Origin: Amoebidium appalachense
Lineage: Eukaryota > Protista > Ichthyosporea
Assembly: GCA_963693365.1 (NCBI GenBank)
Contig: CAVNZM010000002.1
Span: forward strand, 1,810,415-1,874,414
Length of the DNA stretch: 64,000 nucleotides
Reading direction: 5' to 3'
The translations under genes were made by a program, and so were the position numbers. The notes under the pieces were generated by a model. That model was not told the DNA's origin. It ran no database searches and worked only from the letters and a program-made list of their open reading frames with translations. Positions 40,286-52,608 of this stretch are shown piece by piece (positions within the stretch are counted from its first letter, which is position 1; every line of letters starts with the position of its first letter).

Positions 40286-42164
40286 TTTACCAAGAGAACA
40301 AAGTGGATAAAAAAAACAAAAAAAATATAGACTGAAAACCCAATAAAATGCGTATGTTTCGATTCTCAAAATAAACACGCGGACAAGTTGTCACGGTGTT
40401 AGTTGGGACTACAAGAACATCACCTTGCCCCTTTTCAGCCCGAATTCGAAGAGAAAAGAGGAAGATGACAACAAAACATCTACCGTAAGCTAACAAAACG
40501 AGGTTCCTATCAGCCTAATCAAGGTGACGTTATAACAAGGGAACATATCAATAAAAGTTGAACTCTTTTCGGCCTCCCTATCTTTCCGAAACTTTGTGAC
40601 CACAGGCAGCTTGATATGGCAGTTCTAATATGGTAAGCCCGGTTGCAAGCGGCAACATTGGCACATTTAGGTGATGCGCTCCCACCCAATCGCATTACTC
40701 AAATCTGTCCATTAAAAACTTAAAAGCTACTTTCAACACATTTGATTGGCTTCAAAGCGTTTTACCCCCTTTGAAAACAAGCAATTAGGGCCAAAAACAG
40801 TAGACCATCCAACTTCAACTTAGTAAACGCCGAAACCTGACTCGTGATTTAGGGTTTACAAGGTGCTCTCTATGACAAACCTTTTCTCTTAATTTCGGGA
40901 CGCTGTGCAACTTTTTTTCCAAAGCACATACATTCAAAAAAAGTAGTTATAGTATTGAAGCTTTCCGAAATCAAAGAATTTATGCGCTATCGAAGTTATT
41001 GGTAAGCTGAAAAATCATAAACCTGATTTAAAGCTAGTACTGTTTGACTTACACTCCTCCGCATAAGTTTATGAAACATTCGTGATAGTCTACGAATAAG
41101 AAGCCGCAATGTCCACCAGCATCATAACGGTTTGCTGAATACTTGTATATCAATTAAATAAAGCGTTAATAAACTTCGCCTGCTGATAAATTGATGTTTA
41201 AAATAAATGTTATTAGGCGTTATTATAGGCGTTATTAGGCGTTTTTTTTAAGCTGCTCTCTATTCCATTTCTCGTTTATTAATAATTGTTTTCCAAAGGA
41301 CGTGCTTGGAATGCTGCTAAATTTTAGTACTCACCGGATGTGAATCACGGAGCCAATCACAAGCGGGTCTGCCTCGGGATACTTTCGGCAGCCGGCATGT
41401 CGCCGTGGCTCAGGAATGCGTTTCCCAGACCAATCATTTGAATCAACTACTTACCATATATAATAAGTCCTATTAAGCTGACAGGTCATCAGTAAGACAT
41501 AAGAGTATAACCGCTGAGCGTTCAAACATTTTTTGCGTAACCTGAACATAGCACCCTGTTATTGGCTATTTGTCACGTTTTCGAAGACTTGGAGGGCTAG
41601 GATGCAATCTAGGATCAATAGTAAGGACAAAGTTGCACTGAGTTACATACAATATGTATATTGATTATGATAATATTAGCTTTCACCTCCTTTTTCAAGT
41701 AAGCCAAGTTTTCTTTTCATAATAAACAAAAACAAAAGTGTTACAGGTTCTTCCAAACCCTATCCGGACGGGGGGCGTAAGCGTGTAAGCTGGCCTCGCG
41801 AAGATATAGGGGGTACTCGTTATTTTTTTTTGAGTCTCCACGTTACGGTCCAAGGATATACAAAGCATTATAGTTGATTAAAATAATATAATATTCATCC
41901 TTTTTATTCGAGGCATGGTGTTGCCGGTTTTGCAATGGTGTTCTTTGGCTAATTAGTAATTACCTAACCTTGGCACAGTTGGCATATAAAGCTGAAAAAA
42001 TTGGATTTGTTTTTGAAAGCGCCGATCCGAGGAGAACTGACCCGGCGGAGAAGACCGTGATATGATGGCCGGTCAGTGACAGATGCCTTGGTGCACGCTA
42101 TCAGCAATAATAGCGTAAGAATACCAATTAAATATATCATGTTATTTATTTATTCATCTCTATA

Positions 42165-43549
42165 TTGATAATCCGCATAACCGGACAAATCTGTCCTAAT
42201 TAATGGCTAAAAAGGACAAAAGTGTCCTATCTTTTTCGGCGGCGTCGCTAGCGTTGTTTTCGCTAGGAAACACCCCACAAGCTGGGTATGGCCAATGAGG
42301 TCTAGTATTTTCCTGCCTTTTTTGTCTTTATAGGAAACCAATAGGACTGCAGGGTGAGTAGCTTTTGGCGCGCAAAAGATCATGGGTGCAACCCGCTTTC
42401 CCCCAGTTTTGGGGTGTCCGACTGTCCGATCACGGACACCGTTTGGTTTCCGAACTAAAAGACACCGCACGATTGTTTGCCCGCTAGAAAACAAAAAGAA
42501 CAAGGTAGAATTAGAGTAGAAATAGGTGAAAAGAAAAGAAAATGGTTAGGCGTTTAAAGAAAGACCCGAGAGTTTGGGTTTTTCCACGCATCTTTGATGG
42601 TAAAGTCAGGAACGATGATGAACGTTGGAGTAAAGAGCAGTTTGGTGAAGAATGGGAAACGAAACAGCTCACAGGCACAACTGCTGCAAGTATTAAAGAA
42701 CAATAAATGGTTGGTACACATAGACTACGACGGGAAAGTAGAAGAAGTACCACGGAGCGAGATTCGGCTAGTTGTGGGATGTGCGAAGGCATATATATTC
42801 TTTGTATTGAGGGGAGGGGGGAGGGGGGGGAAGGGGGCGGGGGCTCGCCCTCTCCCTCTCCCATCCCCCCCCATACGTTGGCAGGATAAGGATTTCAGCA
42901 TGCGTGTAGTAACGACGGCAAAGTACGGAAGCAGGAGCTCCCCGTATCACAAAAAACGGAACACAAGTGCCCATGCCAAAAGCAGTGCGCGAATTCTTCA
43001 CATATTTCAACAGTGCAGACGTACACAACAAACTCCGGCAAGGGAACAGTTCACTCGAGCAGGCATGGGTCCCCCACACACCCTGGCACCGCACCTTTGC
43101 TGGGTTAGTTGGTATGGTGTTTGTAAACACCTACCTGGCCTACAAGCATCTCATTGCAGACGGGAACAAGAATGCACTTTCAAACGAGCAGTGGCGCGAA
43201 AAACTTGCGGGTGAACTTTTCAACAACCCACTTCTACAAGCCGGCAAACAAAGCGCGCGCATACTAAAATCGCTGTCAACAAACACCACAACCGCCAAAC
43301 GAAGCAACCTCTGTCACCCGGTGCTTATCGGTTCCGGCAAGCGGCTCGACTGTGTTATGTGCGCGCGCACGGATCAAAAGGGATACAAGCGCAGCAGGGT
43401 GAGCTGGATGTGCAGCAGGTGCGGTGTGGCATTGTGCTACAAAAATTCAGATCGCAACTGCTACGAGCAGCACCTGGAAAAGGGGGTGCCTGTACGCCAC
43501 CGCAGAACCAAAGAGCAGGAGCAGTAGGTGTGAGAGAGAGAGGAGGGGT

Positions 43550-43583
<34 letters not shown>

Positions 43584-44246
43584 ACGTAAAGTTGCAGACT
43601 TTGCAGACTGCTTTGGGTTTGTGATCTCGAGCATACCTTTCGTGGGGTATAAGCTTCCTTTATTTTGTCTTTCTATAATAGAAGGAACTGGTACTAGTAG
43701 CAACAAGTGTAAAGAAGAACCACGTTTAAAACCTTTTGTACTTACTTTCCTCATTAACTAGCCAGAAAATTGAAGAAAAGTCGTAAACATTGTCTTAGAA
43801 GTAGAACGGGTGGTAACAGGGACAGTGTGGCTAAGGTTTTCTCGATAAAAGTGCCCTAAGTTGGACCTTAGGTAGGTTGCCTCAGAATTAAGATTAGGTG
43901 GTCGGGTTTTTTGCATGCGTTAGCCTATATCTCTAGCTAGCAGCACATCGTGGTCTTAGCCGCTCCAGAAACACACACCGAAAGTTATTTTAGTTTAAAT
44001 TAAAATTTAGCGGAAAAACCACGTGTTTTCTTAGAAGGTCGCCAACTTCGATGACCAAATGCGCCCAAGAGATGGCGTCGGAGACCCTACATGTTATATA
44101 TGTTACTATGTCGAAATGACGTGAATTTCACGTTTTTCATCTTTTTGAGGCCTGGTTACTATGCAACTGCGCTAGAAATAGCGCGATCGTCTAAAAATAG
44201 GTTAATTAGGACAAAAGTGTCCGAATAGATCTGTGCGAATTATCAA
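42165..44246 (+). mobile_element. Internally deleted piggyBac-like DNA transposon, 2082 bp, imperfect TIRs, flanked by TATA
   Basis: Left end ttgataatccgca...cggacaaatctgtcctaattaa matches the reverse complement of the right end, ttgataattcgca...cggacacttttgtcctaattaa. TATA lies at 42161-42164 and 44247-44250; aggacaaaagtgtcc occurs near both ends. Confidence 0.75.
42542..43527 (+). pseudogene. Frameshifted piggyBac-like transposase remnant (N-terminus fused to C-terminus; most of the catalytic core deleted)
   Basis: MVRRLKKDPRVWVF...FGEEWETKQLTGT/LLQVLKNNKWLVHIDYDG; then WQDK; PKAVREFFTYFNSADVHNKLRQG...W.R.F.....M...N.YLAY; C-terminal Cys-rich domain CVMC...CSRCGVALC...CYEQH as in piggyBac transposases. 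Confidence 0.8.
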
Positions 44247-44435
44247 TATAATGCAAGAGTGGAGTCCAAAGCGCCATATATGAATCGCGAAGCCTAGGCC
44301 CTTTCGGCCCTTCTCACTACTCTATTTGCCTGCCACTGAGTGCCTTGGGCGGCATTAGAGCCTCATTGGTCAGGCTCCAGGTCAACGGATCCCCCAAAAC
44401 TTGCTATTGTGGGGCGGGTCGTATGTGTGTAACCA

Positions 44436-45900
44436 TTTTTTTTCTTTCTTTTTTTCTTTTTTTGACTGGATTTATTCGACGGAAAGATATGCAAGTATGC
44501 ACGGCATACTGAGAAGACAATAAAAACTTTTTTTTTCTTTTGACTCGGTGTTATTGATCCGTTGATGAAGGCAACGTGCAGCCACAGGCTACATAACCAC
44601 CAATAGAACTGAAAAAGCCAAAGCTACGAAATAAAAATAAAGCGACAAGTGATAAAGGACACCAGCGGGCAAAACCTTAAGTGTACGTATACGTGTATGT
44701 GTGAAACGAGTTTGCTCCAACTAGTCATATGCATCGATGTTGACCAGACCACACTCCGCAAGAAGACATCATTACTGCTGCTTCCCAACAGGCCCCCCTC
44801 AAAACCTACCAAGGCACAGCAAGCAAGTCAGTCTCTAAAAGAGCAATGCAGACCAAATCTGAGCTAAAAAACAATCCCAACGGGCCCGGCCCCTAGATAA
44901 CCCGGAGAAACTGCATCTAGCTCTCTGATAAGGTGGCCTAGTTGTGGCAGGACACACAGAAAAACACAATTACAGAATGCATGCAAGCAAACCCGGTCAT
45001 TGCCATACGACTGGAGGCTAAGGACTGGCAGTCACTTGGAAAGCTCCCCGACGACCAAGTAGCCGCCCCTCCACTCACGCAGCGCAGAAGTAGCTGAAGA
45101 AGTTGCAGCAGCCCACCGCCAATAGGTCGCATAGAAACGTAGACAGCGTGTAGAAGTTACCATAGTTGCAGTGGACCACCACTGGCAGGCGTTGAAGAAA
45201 CCACTTCTCAAGCGAGAAACTCCGCGAAAGGGAGATGCCCCCATACTCTCACAGCAGGCCACACCACACACACGCTGCAGTCACGTTCCCCTGAGTGGGA
45301 CTCCCTCCCACCACAAAAAGAAGAAACTAAAGCCTTTAAATACCTGCCATGGTGAAGAATCGGGAAAAAAAGTTGACGTGACAGCTAATAAAAACTTCAC
45401 GAGTTATCCAGTAACAAGTGCATACTGTCACTGAGATACCTGAACACTGTGTGAAAATCATATAAATACTCAATGTGACGACCACCAGAATTCAACAAAA
45501 AGTCTAAAGTGTTCACATTGCCAGCTAGTGTAGCAGACACCCGTAGGGAAAGAGGTAAAACGCGACATAATAAAAACTCACACCTATCAACATGCTTGCG
45601 ATTAAAAAGTTCAGCACAAAAGTGGCACCAGCGGCGATGAAAACAAGAATTACAGCGCCATTGCACAACTTAAGCTTCCCAGGCAATGTCAACATCAGAG
45701 CACCATACAGACTTATATACTAGGGTGGTTTCCATACGTACAGCAGGAGAAATGTATCCTGCCAAAGCTCCCAAAAAAGCGATAATGATCAGTACGGTGT
45801 TGCCTAAGGAACATAACACATGCCGACTGAGTTTTACCTTTGAGTTCTCTATCAGAACGAGAAAGAAACTTATACTGCGTATGGTAATAACGCGAACAGG
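44436..45900 (-). mobile_element. LINE 3' end (copy A) with poly-A tail, split by a second retro-insertion
   Basis: 44461-44529 plus 45398-~45860 together match 46068-~46560; the T-run at 44436-44463 is a poly-A tail on the - strand. Confidence 0.75.
44530..45386 (-). mobile_element. 5'-truncated poly-A-tailed non-LTR insertion with 11-bp TSD
   Basis: AATAAAAACTT at 44519-44529 and 45387-45397; T-rich head (poly-A on -); terminus gagtcaaaa resembles the host LINE terminus cagtcaaaa. Confidence 0.75.
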
Positions 45901-46056
45901 CATTTTTTTATATAATGACTTTATTGACATGCTCATGAAAGAGAAGCCAGTCGGAGATAATCATATCACAGATATCTCAGAGAAGAAAATACAAAAACCC
46001 CTACTCACGGATACGGAGGAGATAACGACAAAAATAATCATACACCCTAGAAAACT

Positions 46057-47629
46057 CTTTTTTTTTTTTGACTGGATTTATTCGACGGAAAGATCTGCAA
46101 GTATGCACGGCATACTGAGAAGACAATAAAAACTTCACGGGTTATCCAGTAACAAGTGCATACTGAGATGCCTGAACATTGTGTGAAAATCATATAAATA
46201 CTCAATGTGACGACCAACAGAATTCAACAAAAAGTCTAAAGTGGTCACATTGCCAGCCAGTGTAGCAGAGACCCGTAGGGAAAGAGGTAAAACGCGACAT
46301 AAAAACTCACACCTATCAACATGTTTGCGATTAAAAAGTTCAGCACAAAAGTGGCACCAGCGGCGATGGCAACAAAAATTACAACGCCACTGCACAATAC
46401 TAGGCTAGGGTGGTATCCATACGTACAGCAATAGAAATATATCCTGCCAAAGCTCCCAAAAAGCGATAATGATCAGTACGGTGTTGCCTAAGGAACATAA
46501 CACATGCCAAATGAGTTTTGCTTTGCCGTGATTTCTCTATCAGAACGTATGGAAATAACACGAAAAGGCAGAAAAATCAGGAAGAGAAAAGACAGAGGGA
46601 GTGAGATACTAGCGAGAGGAAGAATCAGGTTTAAAGAGGGTAGGCTGAGGACATTCAGAAGTAGCGTTGGTGAATCGGGGGGAAAGAGGAATCTCGGAGG
46701 GAGGGGGGGGGAAAGAAGCATAAAGAGGGTGGTCATCAGGTATCCTAACTAAATGAAAAACAAAAACGAAGAGACAATTCCTCCATACGACAAACAGCAG
46801 ACGACAATCCAAACATACTGATTAAGGGAGGCACAAACCGAGTACGGGAACAAAGTGCGCAGCGCAGTACCCTGAAAATCGTCGAACTCTTTCAGCGCCA
46901 CGGCCGCCTCGCGAGGTGGGGCACAGGCCAATAGCGGAAGTCCATATTCGAAAGTCGGCCGTAAAAAAGTTTTATAGTAGAGAAGAAGGTTCGCAGCCTG
47001 ATGGATCACAGACTCCCGTTGAAACATATGTGATGTATACGATGTGAAGCTTACCCTTCGCACGAGCGATCCGTGCCGTGAGGAGCGTGCGGAAATCAAT
47101 ACCACGTGCAGTAAAAGGAATACCCAAATAGTCATAGGTGCTCTGAACAGGAATAGGAAGACCGGCCAATCGAAAGAAAGCGTTTTTCGAAAAAGTAGCA
47201 CACTTTGCAATTCCGACTGACATGAGATTTTTCGGTGCACCATTGATCCACCTGACGAAGCATCTGGTGCATGACATCTTCGGTTAAGGAACAAAGAACA
47301 ATATCGTCCGCAAAAAGGAGACCCGGTACACGGCGGGTATGCAGTTGGCCAAAGGGTTCGAGGGCGCAGGCTAAATCGTCAATGAAAACATCAAACAACA
47401 ACGGACTCAGGAGGGACCCCTGCAGAAGACCCCGAGAACGAGAAAAAACGGGCGTTAATGTTCAAGTTGCATTGACCGCCGCTCGTCCTCGAGTGGTATC
47501 GAACAGCGCTTCAAGTTGCAGAAGACAGCCAAAGGGGGCCCCCGCATAGCCATAACAAACCAGTGGGTACGGTGTCGTAGGCGTTCTTAAGGTCAACGTG
47601 CGGAGAGCCAAAAGTAATGGATCCATGGA
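46057..47629 (-). mobile_element. Degenerate LINE (non-LTR retrotransposon): RT remnant, 3' UTR and poly-A
   Basis: Frameshifted VDLKNAYDTVP, RGLLQGSLLSPLLFDVFIDDL, LLFADDIVL, YDYLGIPF, YKTFLRPTFEYG; poly-T at about 46058-46069; interrupted at 47630 by a Gypsy LTR. Confidence 0.92.
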
Positions 47630-48405
47630 TGTTGTCGTATCCTAATATATGTGTACTAGAGACGCGGCACTCTACTAAGTGTACACACACGAAAAGGAAC
47701 GAACGTGTACAGAAAAACGGTAAAGTTTATTAAAACCAGGCTCCGACGGGCAAACTTAGATCCGTACGGATTGAGTCTAAGTTACGACTGAGGCCATCAA
47801 GGCCGTGCCCTCAAAGATCATCATCACCTGGCCCCCTACGATGCCACATTCCATTAACATTCCGATCTACTTTTATCGTGCGCCTGCACGAGCTAAGTCG
47901 ATCTACTCAACTAATATATTTATCTATGTCTCACCCCTCACCCTCCCCCTAGTGGCACCGCAGAGTCTAAATCTACATTTCATACTATCCTCCCCCCCCC
48001 CTCCCTCCCCCCCTTTCCTCTACATCTACATATATAAATACGTTTGGCAACACACTATCTAACCTTGCCAATACTTACAAAAGGGCTTCTGCCCGAACAA
48101 TCACATTCCTAAGTCCTCCTACGATCTATCCTACACACTAATTAGAATTCTATTGGACGGCTGTCCCGGCTGACGTGGTCCAATGCCCTGCGCCGGCAGA
48201 GGCAAGATGCACGCAGCTGCCAGACAGCTATCTTGAGGCCTCGGTCTTGATCTTGATGATCTGTGGACACACCGGCCCCCCCCCCCCCCCCCCCCCCCCC
48301 CCCGATCTCGATCGTAGACTTAGGCTAATCTGCTGAGACGGATTAGTATATGTCAACTCCCCCCCGGCCCCCGGAAAAGCTGAGTCCCACCTCAGTCACA
48401 TTACA
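47630..48405 (-). repeat. 3' LTR of the Gypsy/chromovirus element (776 bp)
   Basis: On the - strand TGTAATG...ACAACA, preceded by purine-rich agggggtgttaga about 130 bp after the integrase stop; AATAAA near 47726 on -. The partner LTR is not in the window. Confidence 0.72.
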
Positions 48406-48537
48406 TCTAACACCCCCTAAAAAGACATAGACTAATCAGTCTCCCAAAAAAATTAAAATTAAATAGATTACGAAGAAAAATAATAAATTAATCTACACCA
48501 TAAGCTTGATACCTACGGAGACACCTATGATAATAAA

Positions 48538-50416
48538 TTAAATTCCTACGACTACGTTCACACTCCTCCTCGGTCTCCTCCCCCCCTCCCCCTCCCCCCG
48601 TGTGTCTACGTGTATTGGCATCACTCCCCCCCCGGCCCCCTCCCCCGTCGACTTTTTCAAACCACGATTAAACTGAGGAATAACTCTCTTTGGCCTAGAG
48701 GGAGCACTAGGCAACTCCCTCTGCACTAATCTAGCCTCATAAGCACGAATAGAAAACGGGCAATCCAAATGAAACTCAGGCAACCACTGATCTTCCTGAT
48801 AACCTCCCTCAAAACGAATTAAATAATAATTTACCTTACCTTCCTTACCTTCGATAACCTTTTTATCCATAATTTTATCTACTGCAGCCTCCGATACATC
48901 CACCGACCCGTCATAGTCGGGGGTGAATGCATCTAACACTCGACGGCCCTCCGGCCGTTTAACCCTAAGGGCCCTATCATAATATTCCTTTATATCATCT
49001 ACATTAGAAAATCTAACATCACTCTCATTATCTAACCTCTGCACCTTATATTCCGTCGGACCTAACCTAGCCACTATTTTATACGGGCCAATGAAAAGAG
49101 GCAACCATTTCTTACCATACTTACGAAGACCTTCACCTTCACCCTTACCTTCCTGCTCCTGCTTATATCTCTTTTTCCTAGTATGATCCCTAATTAAAAC
49201 TAAAGTACCCTCGGCAAATTCACGTAACGGACGTGTGGACACGTCTGCACGTGTCTGTGCCTGCTGTGTACGGGCCAGAGCTGCATCACGTGCAGCCCGG
49301 GCCCGGGTTAGGAGCTGCTCCCGGAACTCAGTCCAGTGGGGATAGGTTAGTCGGTCAGCCCCCCCCATCGGCAAAAGTGCCGTATCTAACAAACTAATAG
49401 CCTCCTGCCCATAGACCAAATAAAACGGAGAAAAACCAGTCACAGCATGAGGGGTAGAATTATATGAATGAGCAATAAACCTAGACATATGATCCCAATC
49501 ATTAGCCTCCACATCCACCATTTTGCCAAAGGACTTCTGAAACACTGCATGCACACGTTCAGAGATGGCATTTGCTTGAGGGTGATATGCAGACGTAGTG
49601 ATATGAGCTACCCTTAAAATTTTACACACCTCCGACACCAACTGATTTAAAAACACACGACTCCTATCCGTTAACAAAACACGAGGACAACCAAACCTAA
49701 GACAAATTTCATCCACAAAAATACGAGCAAACAAAACGGCATTAGCAGTGGGGAGAGGAAAAACTTCAACCCAACGAGTGGCCACATCGGTGACGGTAAC
49801 AAGAACAGTGTTACCCTCAACCGTAGAATTAAAAGGACCGACCACATCCACTGCTACCCTTTCAAACATACGAACATTAAAATCCCTAATAAACGACGGG
49901 CGGGAACGAGAGTGGGGACTCTCATTCCTTTCCTGACAATGCATGCATGACAACACATAATCCCTCACCTCCCTACTCATACCCGGCCAAAAATACGAAC
50001 GATTAACACGAAGCAACGTCCTATTTACACCTAAATGACCAGCCATGGGATGCTCATGCACCATATGCAAAACCTCAGGCACAAGTGCCGTCGGGACCCA
50101 AACTCGGTGTCCGTCTGGCCCAGAACAATGATAAACTAAATCCTGCTCTACCTGACACATTTTTGCTAACTTAGCTACCTTAATCATCTGCCTTCTATTT
50201 TTAAATTTAATCGAATCAACCGGCCCCTTTAAATAATTCTTAACCAGACCAATCAACACATCATCCTCCTGAGCTAAGATCAAAGCCGTAGGTGCTAAGG
50301 CAGGGGCCGAGCCATGAGACTCGGTCCCGACCTCAGACACTGACAAATACCTCCCCCCCCCTCTCCTACACTTATAAGCAAGCAACCCCGGAACCCAAGA
50401 AGACACATCCACAGAC
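48538..50416 (-). CDS. Ty3/Gypsy integrase with GPY/F motif and chromodomain (3' part of pol, cut off by the Copia insertion)
   Basis: HEHPMAGH...CMHC zinc finger; VAVDVVGPF / LLTDRS / QANAISER DDE core; FIGPYKI; AVDKIMDKK...YYLIRFEGG..EDQWLPEFHL chromodomain. The N-terminal ~150 aa of the track ORF are Copia LTR read-through. Confidence 0.95.
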
Positions 50417-50530
50417 TGTTGGAATACGTCACCATGTATGACAGCAAGAGCCTTGAAGTATGTATGTGTCCTAGCTTGTTTGTATTCGTGTCTGCTTTCC
50501 TCCTTTGTGCTCTCTCTCTCTCCCTCTCTC

Positions 50531-50604
<74 letters not shown>

Positions 50605-51321
50605 CCCCCCCCCCCCCCCGTATCTCTCTGTCCCTTGTTTCTGTGGGCACAGATATCTGTAGATCTGTGCACACCTGGCTCTCTTGCCTGATAAGAACTT
50701 ATTGTGTTTTATTTCTATTTGCTCTCCTCTGTTTATCTGAGAGGTAGCGTGATTGGCTAGCCTCACTCGTTGTCTTTCCTTTATTTCAAAATGGCCTAGT
50801 TTGTTCTCAAAAGGATGGCTCGCCAATAGTCGCGAGCGAGTACATCTGTAGATTGTGTTGTGCATTCCTGTCTGTTAATATATGTGTGTTGTGATTGGAC
50901 AATAGATATATATGGAATTCGGTTTATTGCAAAGTGTCTTCACTTTGAGAGTGTCGACTGTTAGGAAATATATGTATTTAAATAAGTTTCTTTATAGAGA
51001 CGAACATAAATATATATGTGAGTTAATAGTGACTAGATGTATAATTACTTAATTTATTTAAGTAAGAGTTTCTACACTTTAGTTTAATCGGAAGTTGGAA
51101 TGCGTATGCTCTGTCGGAATGTGTTTTTCTATCTTCTGATAGAACCGATTGGTTCTCCCTCTTTAGTTGTGATAAGGTGATAAGTCGCAAGTACAAAAGG
51201 AACCGAGAGCACAATAAAGATTCAGTTGTTGTTTGAAATCTTTCAATGTCTCGTGAACAACTCCGATTGCCCTCTCATTAATGTGTTAGTCGTGTTTTTA
51301 CATGACACCTCTGTGCACTCT

Positions 51322-52458
51322 TGTTGGAAGTAGAGTCCGCTGTGACTAGGGTCGTCGTGGCGCGCTTGGGCGCTGACCCGTTTTTTACTGCTTTCAGTGT
51401 GTTAACTCCATGACTGAACTCCATGACTGAACTCCATGACTGAACTCCATGACTGAACTCCATGTCTGCACCTGGCAGAGACGTGGTTTATATACCCGTG
51501 GGGCAGCAGTCTGGAATGTAATCCGGATGCCAGGCGCTAATCGGATTGGTTACTTTTATTTAGAGATCTCTGGGACCAGTGAACCAATCGTTTGCAGTCA
51601 AAACACAATTGGCAACATTCCTCAACTATGCAGATGTGCATGTGGTGATCGAGTGTCAGCGTGTGTCTGTGTACACGGAACCAATTGTAAAGCTAACATA
51701 CACATATAGTGGAGTGAGCGTAAGTCTGCACTCCAACACCCCTACCCAATTGGAGAAGTGTACACACCACTAGAGAAGAGAGAGTGAGTGTGGCTGCTTG
51801 CAGGGTAGACCGGGGTGTGCATTCCACTGTGGTGCTTGCCCCGCCAATGAAGTGGAATACTTGACGTTGATGTCGCAGGCTGCTGCGGATGGAGTTTGTG
51901 GAAGCGAAAGTCTCTACTTCACGGAAATACGCTCGCGGGTGTAGGGTACAGCCTAGAAGTCGGTTTCTGGGCTCCTCCGTTCAAGGCGTCGTAGGGGACG
52001 TGAAGTTAGAGGCCGCGGTGTCGTGTCTGGGCCCATAACCCTGTTGGAAGTAGAGTCCGCTGTGACTAGGGTCGTCGTGGCGCGCTTGGGCGCTGACCCG
52101 TTTTTTACTGCTTTCAGTGTGTTAACTCCATGACTGAACTCCATGACTGAACTCCATGACTGAACTCCATGACTGAACTCCATGTCTGCACCTGGCAGAG
52201 ACGTGGTTTATATACCCGTGGGGCAGCAGTCTGGAATGTAATCCGGATGCCAGGCGCTAATCGGATTGGTTACTTTTATTTAGAGATCTCTGGGACCAGT
52301 GAACCAATCGTTTGCAGTCAAAACACAATTGGCAACATTCCTCAACTATGCAGATGTGCATGTGGTGATCGAGTGTCAGTGTGTGTCTGTGTACACGGAA
52401 CCAATTGTAAAGCTAACATACACATATTGTGGAGTGAGCGTAAGTCTGCACTCCAACA
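51322..52458 (-). mobile_element. TRIM (non-coding miniature LTR element) inserted in the Copia 5' LTR
   Basis: Two 417-bp LTRs (51322-51738, 52042-52458) TGTTGG...CCAACA and a 303-bp interior; on -, PBS GGTTATGGGCCCAG and PPT gggtagggg; flanked by CTCT; absent from the 3' LTR. Confidence 0.93.
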
Positions 52459-52608
52459 CTCTGCTCCCTTAGACCCGTACAAAACAACAAGTTAAAGGCC
52501 CATTTTCGCACGCTCTCGCAAACACATACTCTCGCTGCAATCAAAAATATTCAAATTTGAATACCGATCTGATTCCTCTCTCACGCATCATCTGACTGAT
52601 TGATCACC

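Noticed and set aside
41756-41776. aaccctatccggacgggggg resembling a DNA transposon terminus
   Set aside because: No matching inverted partner or TSD found in the window.
50417-50865. N-terminal extension of the 775-aa Gypsy ORF
   Set aside because: It is antisense read-through of the Copia LTR; the same peptide recurs at 57559-58197.
51406-51463. 13-bp tandem repeats as a CRISPR-like array
   Set aside because: No spacers; a head-to-tail minisatellite inside the TRIM LTR in a eukaryotic context with no cas genes.
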